A DNA stretch of 63,989 nucleotides, counting the filler, from Sandaracinaceae bacterium (GTDB lineage Bacteria; Myxococcota_A; Polyangia; Polyangiales; JADJQN01), in NCBI GenBank assembly GCA_947483975.1. It is 5 parts of 5 records of this genome, joined end to end, with 100 filler letters (N's around TTAATTAATTAA, not from the genome) between each part and the next. Parts side by side here need not be neighbours in the genome. Positions count along the whole stretch, not along the records: positions 39,151 to 51,748 come from CANKOL010000127.1; positions 51,849 to 63,989 come from CANKOL010000135.1; 3 more parts are not named here. One strand, given 5' to 3'. Every line of letters begins with the position of its first letter. Within the stretch, counting starts at the first letter, position 1. Under the pieces are notes generated by a model. It was not told the DNA's origin, did no database searches, and saw only the letters and a program-made list of their open reading frames with translations. Both the position numbers and the translations under genes were made by a program. Positions 47,551 through 57,443 of the stretch are shown here, piece after piece.

Positions 47551-47871
47551 TCACTCTTCCGGCTCGATCGAGAGATGAAACGGGAACTCGAATTCACGCG
47601 CCAACTGCTGGACCGTCTTCAGCTTGGTCTCCGCGACCTCGAACGGGTAGACCCCGGCGACGCCGACCCCGTTCAAATGCACGTGCATCATGATCTGCAC
47701 GGCTTCCGTCTCCGACTTGTGGAAGATGGTGCGCAGCACATCCACGACGAACTCGCGCGTCGTGTAGTGATCGTTGTGCATCAACACTTTGTAGAGCGGC
47801 GGGCGCTTGGTCTTCGTGCCCGTCTTCTTCTCGGTGACGATGCCCGAATCGTTATCCCATCTAGTCGACAT
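47551..47871 (-). CDS. clpS: Clp protease adaptor ClpS
   Basis: YKVLMHNDHYTTREFVV...IMMHVH..GVGVAGVY.FEVAETK. Confidence 0.96.
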   Translation of the reverse strand: MSTRWDNDSGIVTEKKTGTKTKRPPLYKVLMHNDHYTTREFVVDVLRTIFHKSETEAVQIMMHVHLNGVGVAGVYPFEVAETKLKTVQQLAREFEFPFHLSIEPEE

Positions 47872-47943
47872 CGTGCTCGCCGCGTCCTCTGCTGTCGCGC
47901 CGCTGTCCGAGGGGACGGCGAGCGCCTACTCGAACTGACCATT

Positions 47944-48456
47944 CTAAGGCGTCGGCAGCGCTTGGGAAGCCGCGGGCGTCACTCTCCGCGCGACGAGGTC
48001 GCAGAGCGCGTAGACGCTCATGCCCTCGTAGCGCGGCTCGAGCACGAGCGGAGTCTCGGTGTCGAGGCGATGCACGAGCACGACGAGGCGGTCCTCGTCG
48101 ACGACCGCGGCGCGGATCGCGCTCCACGGGACCGTCTCCGTGCGGCCCGCCTCGCGCAGCTCGAGGGACGCCGCGCCGAGGGACAGCGAGTAGGTCGTCG
48201 GCAAGGAGGTGCGGCGGCGCGCGGCGACGAACGCGGCCGTCCAGCCCACCGAGGCGAGCGCGGCGACGCCGACGATGACCCAGCCGAAGAGCGTCGGACC
48301 GAGGGCGCCGATGGTCAGCGCGCCGAGCCCGCAGACGACGGCGCCGGTCAGGCGCAGGTAGGCCACGGCGTGCTCGTTGTGCACGTCGAGGCGCAGCACG
48401 AGGTCGGGCGCGTCGGGGGGCGCGCTCGGCGTCGAGGCCAGGCTCGCGGCGCTCAC
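47944..48456 (-). CDS. Hypothetical membrane protein
   Basis: Two TM segments plus PH-like soluble region; GTGA overlap with upstream gene. Confidence 0.6.
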   Translation of the reverse strand: MSAASLASTPSAPPDAPDLVLRLDVHNEHAVAYLRLTGAVVCGLGALTIGALGPTLFGWVIVGVAALASVGWTAAFVAARRRTSLPTTYSLSLGAASLELREAGRTETVPWSAIRAAVVDEDRLVVLVHRLDTETPLVLEPRYEGMSVYALCDLVARRVTPAASQALPTP

Positions 48457-48863
48457 TGCAGCACCAAGCGCACGAAGAAGTCCTCGTCGGTCGCGTTCTG
48501 GATCGTCACCGTGCCGTCGTCGCCGACGGCCTCGATGCGGGTGACGTTGCCCGAGGCGAGCGTGCTGCCGACGCCGCTCCGGTCGAACGCGATGTACGTG
48601 AGCAAACTGAGCGGCTTGCTCGGGAGCGGATGGTGGACCTTGAGGTGCGCGCGCGCTGGGAACGAGATCCAGCCGTCGCCCGCGGCGAGCGGGGGGAAGT
48701 CGGAACTCTGCCACTGCGCGCCGGCGAGGCGCTGCGACGCGGGCCACTGCGCGGCGGTGATCTCGACGAAGCTCTCGGCGACCGCCTTGCCACAGCCGGA
48801 CGCCGCGAGCGCGAGCGCCGCGGCGAGGGCGAGCACCGTGCGCCTCGACGAGGCCGGGCTCAT
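48453..48863 (-). CDS. Hypothetical lipoprotein
   Basis: [28 protein letters not shown] overlap with hemB. Confidence 0.7.
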   Translation of the reverse strand: MSPASSRRTVLALAAALALAASGCGKAVAESFVEITAAQWPASQRLAGAQWQSSDFPPLAAGDGWISFPARAHLKVHHPLPSKPLSLLTYIAFDRSGVGSTLASGNVTRIEAVGDDGTVTIQNATDEDFFVRLVLQ

Positions 48864-49843
48864 CCGAGCACCTTCGCGGCGTCGAGCGCGTGATAGGTGA
48901 GGATGAGGTCGGCGCCCGCGCGCTTGATCGACAGCAGCACCTCCATCATCGCGCGTGTCTCGTCGATCAGGCCCGCGGCGGCGGCGGCCTTCACCATCGC
49001 GTACTCGCCGCTGACGTTGTAGGCCGCGACGGGCACATCGACCGCGTCGCGCACCTCTCGGATGATGTCGAGGTAGGGCAGCGCGGGCTTCACCATGATC
49101 ATGTCGGCGCCCTCGTCGAGGTCGAGGCGCACCTCTCGGAGCGCCTCTCGGCGATTGCCCGGATCCATCTGGTAGCCGCGGCGATCGCCGTGCTTCGGCG
49201 TGCTCTCGGCGGCGTCGCGGAAGGGGCCGTAGAACGCGCTCGCGAACTTCGCCGCGTACGAGAGGATCGCGATGTCGCTGAAGCCCTCGTCGTCGAGCGC
49301 GTCGCGGATCGCGCCGATGCGGCCGTCCATCATATCGCTCGGCGCGACGATGTCGGCTCCCGCACGCGCGTGCGAGAGCGCCTCCTTCGCGAGCAGATCG
49401 AGGGTCGCGTCGTTGTTCACGTCGGTACGCCCGCGGTGCGTCTCGAGCGGGCCGCAGTGCCCGTGATCGGTGTACTCGCACATGCAGACGTCGGTGATGA
49501 CGATGAGGTCGGGGAGCGCGCTCTTGATGGACGCGACGGCGCGCTGCACGGGGCCGTCGGGATCCCAGCCGCTCGAACCGACGGCGTCCTTCGTCTCGGG
49601 GATGCCGAAGAGCAGCACGCTCGGGACGCCGAGCGCCCAAGCCTCGCGCGCCTGCTCGACGATGATGTCGACGCTCGACTGAAAGACGCCGGGCATCGTC
49701 GCGATGGGGCGCTTCTCGCCCTTGCCGGCGCGCGCGAAGAGCGGGAGCACGAAGTCGCGCGGGGAGAGCTGAGTCTCACGCACCATCGAGCGGAGGGTCT
49801 CGGTGCGGCGTAGGCGGCGCGGGCGTTCTTCGGGGAAGGGCAT
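48860..49843 (-). CDS. hemB: Porphobilinogen synthase
   Basis: [55 protein letters not shown]. Confidence 0.97.
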   Translation of the reverse strand: MPFPEERPRRLRRTETLRSMVRETQLSPRDFVLPLFARAGKGEKRPIATMPGVFQSSVDIIVEQAREAWALGVPSVLLFGIPETKDAVGSSGWDPDGPVQRAVASIKSALPDLIVITDVCMCEYTDHGHCGPLETHRGRTDVNNDATLDLLAKEALSHARAGADIVAPSDMMDGRIGAIRDALDDEGFSDIAILSYAAKFASAFYGPFRDAAESTPKHGDRRGYQMDPGNRREALREVRLDLDEGADMIMVKPALPYLDIIREVRDAVDVPVAAYNVSGEYAMVKAAAAAGLIDETRAMMEVLLSIKRAGADLILTYHALDAAKVLG

Positions 49844-49855
49844 CGGGGCTCCGGG

Positions 49856-51415
49856 TCAGGCGGGGGAGGGCGGGGTGAGGGCGGCGAGGTTCGCGAAGTG
49901 CGCGACGAGCGCGTCGAGGAGGCCGGGCGTGGTGTACTCCGTCGCGGTGACGGCGACATCCAGGCCGAGCTTCTGTGCGGTGGCCGTGGTGATGGGGCCG
50001 ATGGAGGCGAACGTCACCCCCAGGAGCAAGCGAGGCGCGTCTGCACCGAGGAGCGCGACGAGCTGCTCGGCGGTGGACGAGGAGGTCAGCGCGATGACGT
50101 CGAGGCTGCGCGCCTCGAGCGCCGCGCGGATGGCCGCGGCGTCTTCGTCCGACGCGCCGACGGTCACATAGGCGGGCACGATGTCGACGTGCGCGCCCGC
50201 CGCGACGAGGCGCTCGGGCAGGACCTCGCGGGCGACGGCGGCGCGCGGCAGCAGCACGCGGGCGCCGCGGACGCGCTCCCCGAGGGCGGTGAGCACGCTG
50301 TCGGCGGCCGCTTCGCCGCGGTACTCCGTGGGCACGATGTCGGCGCGCACGCCGTAGCCCTCGAGCGTCTCCGCGGTCGCGGGGCCGATCGCGCAGACGA
50401 GCGCGCGCCCGAGTCGTCGCGCGTCGCCGCCGTCTCGGCGGAGCGCCTCGAAGAAGCGCGTGACGCCGTTCGCGCTCGTGAAGACGACCGCGTCGTAGCG
50501 CGCAGCCTCCCTCGCCGCGCGCGCGAGCGGGTCCTCGTCGGCGGGCGGCACGAGGCGAATCGTCGGCAACAGCACCGGCTCAGCGCCCGCGTCGCGGAGC
50601 CCTCGCGCGAAGCCTGCCTCTTGTCCGCGCGGGCGCGTGACGAGCACGCGCTTGCCGAAGAGCGGCTGCGCGTCGAACCAGCGCAGCGCCTCGCGGAGGC
50701 GCACGACCTCGCCGACGACCGTCAGCGCAGGCGCGCCGAGCTGCGCTCCGTGCACGAGCGAGGCGAGCGTGCCCACCGTGCCGACGACCGTCCGCTGCTG
50801 CGGCGACGACGCGGACTGCACCGTCAGCGCGGGCTCGTGCGGGCTGCGACCGTGCGCGACGAGGCGCGCGAGCGTGCGCTCGAGCGAGCTGACGCTGCCG
50901 AAGAGCACGAGCGTCTTGGTCGCGGTCGCCAGCTTTTCCCAGTCGTGCGCGTTCTCGTCGTTCTCCGCGCTGTCGGCCATGGCGAAGAACGCCACGCTGT
51001 TCGAGAGGTCGCGATGCGCCAGCGTGAGGCCCGCGTACGCACACACGGCGAGCGGCGCGCTCACGCCGGGCACGATCTCGAACGCGACGCCCGCCGCGGC
51101 GAGCAGCGCGACTTGCTGAGCGCCTTGCGCGAAGAGCAGCGGATCGCCGCAGACGAGCCGCGCGACGCTGCGTCCCGCGCGCGCCTCGAGGATCAGCCGC
51201 TCGGTGACGGCGCGCTGTGGCTCGCTCGACGACTCGACGTCGACCGAGACGAGCACCGCGCCCGGCTTCGCGTGCGCCAAGAGCGACGGATGGACGAGCG
51301 CGTCGTAGAGCACCACCTCGCACTCACCGAGGCGCCGGAGCGCGCGAGCGGTGATGAGCTCCGGGTCGCCGGGGCCCGCACCGAGCAGAACCACCTTGCC
51401 GGCTGCGTGCTTCAT
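49856..51415 (-). CDS. hemD: Fused uroporphyrinogen-III C-methyltransferase / uroporphyrinogen-III synthase (CobA-HemD)
   Basis: LLGAGPGDPELIT, YDALV, VPGVS; then PLFGKRVLVTRP, VFTSANGV, AIGPATA, ASIGPIT. Confidence 0.9.
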   Translation of the reverse strand: MKHAAGKVVLLGAGPGDPELITARALRRLGECEVVLYDALVHPSLLAHAKPGAVLVSVDVESSSEPQRAVTERLILEARAGRSVARLVCGDPLLFAQGAQQVALLAAAGVAFEIVPGVSAPLAVCAYAGLTLAHRDLSNSVAFFAMADSAENDENAHDWEKLATATKTLVLFGSVSSLERTLARLVAHGRSPHEPALTVQSASSPQQRTVVGTVGTLASLVHGAQLGAPALTVVGEVVRLREALRWFDAQPLFGKRVLVTRPRGQEAGFARGLRDAGAEPVLLPTIRLVPPADEDPLARAAREAARYDAVVFTSANGVTRFFEALRRDGGDARRLGRALVCAIGPATAETLEGYGVRADIVPTEYRGEAAADSVLTALGERVRGARVLLPRAAVAREVLPERLVAAGAHVDIVPAYVTVGASDEDAAAIRAALEARSLDVIALTSSSTAEQLVALLGADAPRLLLGVTFASIGPITTATAQKLGLDVAVTATEYTTPGLLDALVAHFANLAALTPPSPA

Positions 51416-51434
51416 CGGCGCGATGATAGCCGCG

Positions 51435-51748
51435 TCACTCCGCCGGCGCCGCTGCGCCGCTGTCGGGGGCTGCCTGCCCCGCGAGGCGGGCGTTGCCGCG
51501 CTCCTCGTCGAAGCGCTCGGGTAGGTGCAGCACGAGGCCCGGCGTCTCCTCGCCGGCGCGGATGCGCGAGGGGTAGCGCGCTTGGACCTCGCCGGCGGCC
51601 GGGTGCCGCGCGCTCGGCCAAGCGTCGCCCGTGGGCACCCCGCGCAGCGTGAAACGCCCCTGCGGATCGGTGCGCGTCGCCTTCGTCCAATCGGGCGCGT
51701 CGCCCCCCGCGCCGACGGCGACCTCCGCCCCGGAGACGGGGGCACCGA
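51435..51748 (-). CDS. C-terminal fragment with carboxypeptidase regulatory-like domain (5' truncated)
   Basis: Frame reads GAPVSGAEV...TRTDPQGRFTLRGVPTG...ARHP to stop at 51435. Confidence 0.6.
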
Positions 51749-51848
51749 NNNNNNNNNNNNNNNNNNNNNNNNNNNNNNNNNNNNNNNNNNNNTTAATTAA
51801 TTAANNNNNNNNNNNNNNNNNNNNNNNNNNNNNNNNNNNNNNNNNNNN
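51749..51848. other. Artificial contig linker
   Basis: N44-TTAATTAATTAA-N44. Confidence 0.99.
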
Positions 51849-52891
51849 CCGCGGCGGACCTGACGCGCGACGTCGCGACGATCGCCGTCGCGCTCTACCA
51901 GCTTCGCGCGGAGGGCGCGGCGATCGTGCGCGGCGAGCGCGAGGACGAGCTGCCGCCGGTGCTGCCCGGCCTGTTCGCGGCGGGCGACGCCTCGCCGGAG
52001 CTGATCGCGCGCCTCGACGCGAACGGCGAGCACGCGGTGCTGCTCTTCGCGTTCTTCGTGCTCAAGACGCACCCGAAGAGCCCGGTGCCGATCCCCGACG
52101 AGCTCGTGCTCTACGAGGCCTCGCGCACCGACGCGGCGACGCTGCGCTTCGTCGGGCTGCGGCCCATCGCGCGGGCGGTGAAGGCGTGGATCTTCGGGAA
52201 CGCGTCGCTCTGCGATCTCGCGGCGGGCGAGGCGGCGGGCATCCCCGCGTCAGGTGACGCGGCCTGGCGCGCGGCGCTGCGCGACGACCTCCGCGTGCTC
52301 GGCGCGCCCGACGCGCCCGACGATGCGGAGCTCACGAAGGTGCACGCCGCCGCGCGCGGGCTCGCGCACGGGGAGGCGGCCGTCTGCTACCTCGACCGCG
52401 ACGAGCCGGCGAAGGCCGACGCCGAGCTCGAGGCGCTCGCCGATGCCGCAGAAGAAGCCGGGCTCCCCCGCGAGGACGTCGCGCCCATCCGCGCGTACCT
52501 CGCCTGGCGGCACGACGACCTGCCCGCCGCCAAGCGGCACCTCCTGCTCGCCCGCACGAGCCCGCGCCTCGACGCGCGCGACCGCGCCGCGATCGACGAG
52601 CTGCTCACCTACCTCGACGCGCGCGACCCGCGCTTCGGCGCGCACTTCGACCGCGTGTATTTCACGGTGTTCGCGGCGCGCATCTTCCTCGACGCGCTCG
52701 AGCGCGCGCACCTCGTCGATCAGCTCTCGGGCACGCCGCTCTATCGGCAGACCCGCGCCTTCGTGACCTCTGCGGGTCGCGTGCTCGGCGCGAGCCAGCA
52801 GGCGCTGCCGACCGCCGACTCGCTCGAGAAGGGCGCGGGCACGCTCTTCGAGCGCTTGCATCACAAGAAGACCGAGCGGCGCCCGCGTTGA
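51849..52891 (+). CDS. Hypothetical alpha-helical protein (5' truncated)
   Basis: Long ORF with typical codon usage, TPR-like helices. Confidence 0.65.
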
Positions 52892-52986
52892 CCTTTCGAG
52901 CGGGCTCGGGCACCGTTCCACGCGCGTTTCGGTGTCGCAGGACACCGTCTCGCGCGCCGCAGCCCGCACCCCGGCAGGAGTCCCGA

Positions 52987-53934
52987 ATGACGCGCTTTCT
53001 CTCGCTTACGTCCTCGGCGGTCGGTGTCGCAGCGCTCCTCGCGCTCGCCGGCTGCGCGAGCACCGGCCTGTCGACCGGCTTCGACCTCGGGCCCGCGGAG
53101 CCCGTCGACGGCTCGGTCCCCGACGCCTCGCCGTCCGATCTGGGCCCGTATCCCTACGACGGTGGCCCCATCTACGTGGACGGCGGCCCGTATCCGACCG
53201 ACGGCGGCCCGATCTACGTGGACAGCGGCCCGTACCCGATCGACGGCTGGGTCTACTCGGACGGTGGCCCGTATCCGACCGATGGCGGCCCGTATCCGAC
53301 CGATGGCGGCCCGTACCCCTACGACGGCGGCCCGTACCCCTACGACGGCGGCCCAATCTTCACGGACGGCGGTCCGTTCCCGACGGACGGCGGCCCGGTC
53401 TACGTCGACGGTGGCCCGTTCCCGACTGACGGTGGTCCGATCTTCACCGACGGCGGCGCGCGCGACGGTGGTCCGATCCTCAGCGACGCCGGTGGTCCTC
53501 CGACGGGCAGCGTCGGCGCCGGCTGCGCGACGGCGGCGGACTGCACCGCCATCATGGGCGGCACCTGCATCACGAACCTCGGCGGCTTCATCACGCTCCC
53601 CGGCGGCTACTGCTCGGTCGCGTGCACGACGGCGGCGACCTGCGGCGCTGGCGCCACCTGCCTGACGCTCGGCTTCGGCGGCGGCGGACAGTGCGTCGAC
53701 ACCTGCACCGCGAGCACTGACTGCCGCACGGCCGAGGGCTACGTGTGTCAGGCGCTCCCGTTCGGCCCCGGCGGGCGCGTCTGCATCCCGCCGTTCGGCG
53801 GCCCCGGCCGCGACGGCGGCGGCCCGCCGCCCATCCCGTTCGACCTCGGCGCTCCGCTCCCGGGCTCCGACGGTGGTGTCCCCGGCTTCCCCGACGGCAG
53901 CCTCCCGCCGATCCCGTTCGACCTCGGCTTCTGA
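52987..53934 (+). CDS. Lipoprotein with DGGP-xxx repeats and Cys-rich domain
   Basis: AGGAG SD, LAGC lipobox; about 16 seven-residue repeats; PGGYCS...C domain. Confidence 0.82.
   Translation: MTRFLSLTSSAVGVAALLALAGCASTGLSTGFDLGPAEPVDGSVPDASPSDLGPYPYDGGPIYVDGGPYPTDGGPIYVDSGPYPIDGWVYSDGGPYPTDGGPYPTDGGPYPYDGGPYPYDGGPIFTDGGPFPTDGGPVYVDGGPFPTDGGPIFTDGGARDGGPILSDAGGPPTGSVGAGCATAADCTAIMGGTCITNLGGFITLPGGYCSVACTTAATCGAGATCLTLGFGGGGQCVDTCTASTDCRTAEGYVCQALPFGPGGRVCIPPFGGPGRDGGGPPPIPFDLGAPLPGSDGGVPGFPDGSLPPIPFDLGF
53143..53493 (+). repeat. 21-bp coding tandem repeat array
   Basis: GACGG[CT]GG[CT]CC[CG]... units encoding DGGP(YPT/YPY/IYV/FPT/IFT). Confidence 0.88.
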
Positions 53935-53974
53935 GCCCCGCGGCGCCTCGCGCGCCGAGCGGACCTTACGAACC

Positions 53975-54949
53975 TTGGCGCATCTCCGAGTCGATCAGCT
54001 CCGCACCCTGACGCACGACGGCTGGCTCCTCGAGCTGACGCGGACGCACTCGACGCGTCACCGTCAGCCGCACCTGCCCCCGCTGCTGCTCGTCCCCGGC
54101 TACGGGATGAACAGCTTCATCTTCGGCTTTCACCCGCGCGGCACCTCGATGACGCGCAGCCTCGCGGAGCGCGGGCACGAGGTCTGGACCGTCAACCTGC
54201 GCGCTCAGCGCGGCTCCGCGCGCCTCGACGCGCGCGCGGCCGACGCGAGCCTCGAGGCGTACGCGCTCTCCGACCTCCCCGCGGCCATCGCGACCGTCTG
54301 CGAGGCGACGCATCAGGCGGACCGCCGCGTCGTGCTCGTCGGCTGCTCGCTCGGTGGCTCGCTCGCGTATGCCTATCTCGCGCACACGCCTGACGCGCCC
54401 GTCGTCGGGCTGATCGCGATGGGCGCGCCGCTCGCCTGGGACGATGTGCACCCCGCCGTGCGCGTCGCGTTCGGCTCGCCGCGCCTCGTCTCGCTGCTGC
54501 GCGTCCGCGGGACGGAGTCCTTCGCGCGCGCCGCGCTCCCCTTCGCTCGCCGCGTCCCGCAGGTGCTCGCGCCGTACCTCAACGCGGCGCAGGTCGACCT
54601 CTCCGCGGGCTCCGAGATGGTCCGCACCGTCGAGGACCCTCAGCCCGCCGTCAACGCCGACCTCGCGCGCTGGATCGCCGGGCGCGACCTCGTCCTGCGC
54701 GGCGTCAACGTGCGCGAGGCGCTGCGGCGCGTGACGGTGCCGCTGCTCGTCGTCGTGTCGAACCGCGACGGCATCGTCCCCGAGCGCGCCTCGCTCAGCG
54801 TGCTCGAGGCTTGGGGCGGCGCGGACGTCGAGGTGCTGCGCGTCGGGGACCCGCGCGTGTGGTGGGCGCACGCCGATCTCTTCGTCGCGGACGGCGCTCC
54901 GAGCCACGTCTTCGGGCCCCTCGCGACGTGGCTTGGCGCGCGCTTTTGA
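53975..54949 (+). CDS. Alpha/beta hydrolase
   Basis: LLVPGYG, GCSLGG nucleophile elbow, NRDGIVP, WAHADLF; start uncertain. Confidence 0.85.
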   Translation: MAHLRVDQLRTLTHDGWLLELTRTHSTRHRQPHLPPLLLVPGYGMNSFIFGFHPRGTSMTRSLAERGHEVWTVNLRAQRGSARLDARAADASLEAYALSDLPAAIATVCEATHQADRRVVLVGCSLGGSLAYAYLAHTPDAPVVGLIAMGAPLAWDDVHPAVRVAFGSPRLVSLLRVRGTESFARAALPFARRVPQVLAPYLNAAQVDLSAGSEMVRTVEDPQPAVNADLARWIAGRDLVLRGVNVREALRRVTVPLLVVVSNRDGIVPERASLSVLEAWGGADVEVLRVGDPRVWWAHADLFVADGAPSHVFGPLATWLGARF

Positions 54950-54959
54950 CCCGACTTCA

Positions 54960-54989
54960 TTGACCTTTGCGTACGCGCCTCGGTAGACT
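54960..54989 (+). promoter_or_regulatory. Putative sigma70 promoter of the kinase gene
   Basis: TTGACC-18 bp-TAGACT, 12 nt before ATG. Confidence 0.45.
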
Positions 54990-55001
54990 TGCGGCGCTTC
55001 G

Positions 55002-56348
55002 ATGATGGAACAAATCGGCAACTGCCGTGTGCTCGGCGAGATCGGCTCGGGAGGCATGGCCATCGTCTACAAGGCGATCCAGGAGCCGCTCGGGCGCCCG
55101 GTCGCCATCAAGGCGTTGAAGCCGTCCATCGCCGTCGACTCGCAGTTCGCCAAGCGCTTCGAGCGCGAGGCGCACTTCATGGCGGCGCTCCAGCACGAGA
55201 ACATTCTGCACGTCCACGACTTCGTCAAAGAAGGCGGGACGATGTACATCATCATGGAGTACGTGCAGGGCATCGACCTGTACGACCTCCTCGAGAAGAC
55301 GCCGCGTCTTCCGATCGACGTCGCGGCGATCGTCGCGTTGCAGATCGCGCGCGCCCTCGATTACGCGCACTTCCGCGGGATCATCCATCGCGACATCAAG
55401 CCCGCGAACATCATGATCTCGAAGCAGGGCGAGGTGAAGCTCATGGACTTCGGGATCGCGCGGGACGACACCCTCGCGGACCTGACCGAGACCGGCACCG
55501 GGCTCGGCACCCCGAGCTACATGAGCCCCGAGCAGATCCTCGGCGACAAGCTCGACTTCCGCAGCGACGTCTTCTCGCTCGGCATCGTCCTCTATCAGAT
55601 GGTCACTGGTCGCAAGCCGTTCATCGAGGACGACGCGCGGACCGTGATGCAGAAGATCCGCCTCGATCGCTACACGGCGGCGCGCAGGCTCAACACGGCG
55701 ATCCCGCGCGCGCTCGAGCGCATCCTCGCGCGCTGCATGGAGAAGATGCCGGCGAACCGGTATCCGACGACGCAGGCGCTGATCGACGATCTGATGGAGT
55801 TCCTCGCGTCGCGCGTGCCCATCAATTACAACGCGCGCCTCGTCATCTACCTGCGCGATACCGGCGTCGTCACCGACCAAGAAGCCGAGGAGATCCTCGC
55901 GGCGGGCGCGTCGCGCACGGCGCGCTCAGGCGGCGGAGATCGAGGGCTCTTGCGGGCGATCGGCCTCGCGCAGGCGGCGCTCTTGCTCGTGATCGTCGGC
56001 GCGGGCGGCGCGATTCAGTACGGCTCGGGGCGCTTCTCGAGCGGGCCGGGCGACTCGGCCGCGGCCGCGGGCACGCCGGTCGTGCCGCGCCTCGCGGGCT
56101 TCGTGCGCTTCGTCGTCGACCCCTGGGCGGAGGTCTACATCGACGGCCAGCTCGTCGTGACGACGCCGTCCGCGCGCGCCTTCGCGCTCGCGCCCGGGCG
56201 CCACTACCTGAAGCTCGAGAACCCGTTCTACCTGCCGCTCGATCGCAACGTGCAGGTCGTCACGGGCGAGACGCAGGTCGTCGACGTGACGCTCGAGCCG
56301 CGGCCCGGCACGCCGCACGTCCCGCCCCCGGGCGGAGGCGGGCCATGA
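55002..56348 (+). CDS. Membrane Ser/Thr protein kinase with PEGA-like domain
   Basis: GSGGMA, VAIK, HRDIKPAN, DFG, GTPSYMSPE; TM helix; PWAEVYIDG...TTP. Confidence 0.95.
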   Translation: MMEQIGNCRVLGEIGSGGMAIVYKAIQEPLGRPVAIKALKPSIAVDSQFAKRFEREAHFMAALQHENILHVHDFVKEGGTMYIIMEYVQGIDLYDLLEKTPRLPIDVAAIVALQIARALDYAHFRGIIHRDIKPANIMISKQGEVKLMDFGIARDDTLADLTETGTGLGTPSYMSPEQILGDKLDFRSDVFSLGIVLYQMVTGRKPFIEDDARTVMQKIRLDRYTAARRLNTAIPRALERILARCMEKMPANRYPTTQALIDDLMEFLASRVPINYNARLVIYLRDTGVVTDQEAEEILAAGASRTARSGGGDRGLLRAIGLAQAALLLVIVGAGGAIQYGSGRFSSGPGDSAAAAGTPVVPRLAGFVRFVVDPWAEVYIDGQLVVTTPSARAFALAPGRHYLKLENPFYLPLDRNVQVVTGETQVVDVTLEPRPGTPHVPPPGGGGP

Positions 56349-57409
56349 GCCGCGTCAGCCCGACCCTCCGCGCGGCGCTCGTCACGCTCGCGGCCGTCGT
56401 CGCCGCAGCGCTCACGCCGGGCGCCTCGGCGCGCGCCGACGGCAAGGTCTTCGTGCACATCGTGCGCCCGAGCGAGACGCTCGCGTCGATCGCGCAGCTC
56501 TATTACGGGGACCCGCGCCGCGAGAACGTCCTCGTCATGGAGAACGGCCTCAACACGCAGGGCGGCGCGGCGATCGTCGTCGGCGTGCGGCTCGACATCC
56601 CCGTCGTCAGCTACCACCGCGTCGCCGAGAACGAGTCTTGGCCGCAGCTCGCCGAGCGCTTCTACGGCGAAGCGCGCCGCGCGAGCGCGCTGATCGAGGC
56701 CAACGGCGGCGACTCGAACGCGCCGGATATGGGCGCCGAGATCCTCGTGCCGTATCCGCTGCGGCACGTCGCCGGGCAGCGCGAGACGCTCAACGAGGTC
56801 GCGCAGATGTACTACGGGCGCACGGACGCCTCGACGACGCTGCGCCGCTTCAACAACATCCGCGGCAACCGCCTGACGCGCGGGCAGATCATCCTCGTGC
56901 CGCTCGCGGACCTCGTGCTCTCCGACGCGGGCAAGACCCTCGTCGCGCAGTTCGACGAGACGCCGCAGCCGCTGCCTGCCGACGGCGGCGCCGTGCGTGC
57001 GCTCCAAGCGCGCATCGACGAGGACCTGCCGGTGCTGCGCGAGCACGTCCGCCGCGGGCGCTTCGCGGAGGCCGTCGGGCTCGGCAATCGGCTGCTCGGC
57101 GCGGGGGAACTGACTGGCAATCAGATCGTGACGATCCAGCGGGAGCTCGGCACAGCTTACGTCGCGCTCGAGCGCGAGGACCTCGCGATCCTCGCCTATC
57201 GCGAGGTGATCGCTCGGCAGCCCGACGCCGAGATGGACTCGATGCGCACCTCGCCGCGCGTGCTCGCCGCCTATCGCGCCGCGCGCGAATACCGGGCGCC
57301 GGTGACGGCGGGCGACGCGGGCGTCCCCGACGCCGCCTCGCCTGAGGCGCCTCCCGCAGCGGCAGCGGCTGCAGCAGCGGGCCCCGTGCCGGACGCCGGC
57401 GCGCACTGA
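56345..57409 (+). CDS. Secreted multi-LysM protein with C-terminal helical/TPR-like region
   Basis: HIVRPSETLASIAQLYYG, HRVAENESWPQLAERFYG, HVAGQRETLNEVAQMYYG; ATGA overlap with kinase. Confidence 0.85.
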   Translation: MSRVSPTLRAALVTLAAVVAAALTPGASARADGKVFVHIVRPSETLASIAQLYYGDPRRENVLVMENGLNTQGGAAIVVGVRLDIPVVSYHRVAENESWPQLAERFYGEARRASALIEANGGDSNAPDMGAEILVPYPLRHVAGQRETLNEVAQMYYGRTDASTTLRRFNNIRGNRLTRGQIILVPLADLVLSDAGKTLVAQFDETPQPLPADGGAVRALQARIDEDLPVLREHVRRGRFAEAVGLGNRLLGAGELTGNQIVTIQRELGTAYVALEREDLAILAYREVIARQPDAEMDSMRTSPRVLAAYRAAREYRAPVTAGDAGVPDAASPEAPPAAAAAAAAGPVPDAGAH

Positions 57410-57443
57410 CGCGAGCGCCCGTTGACGCTGACGCCCAAGGCGC

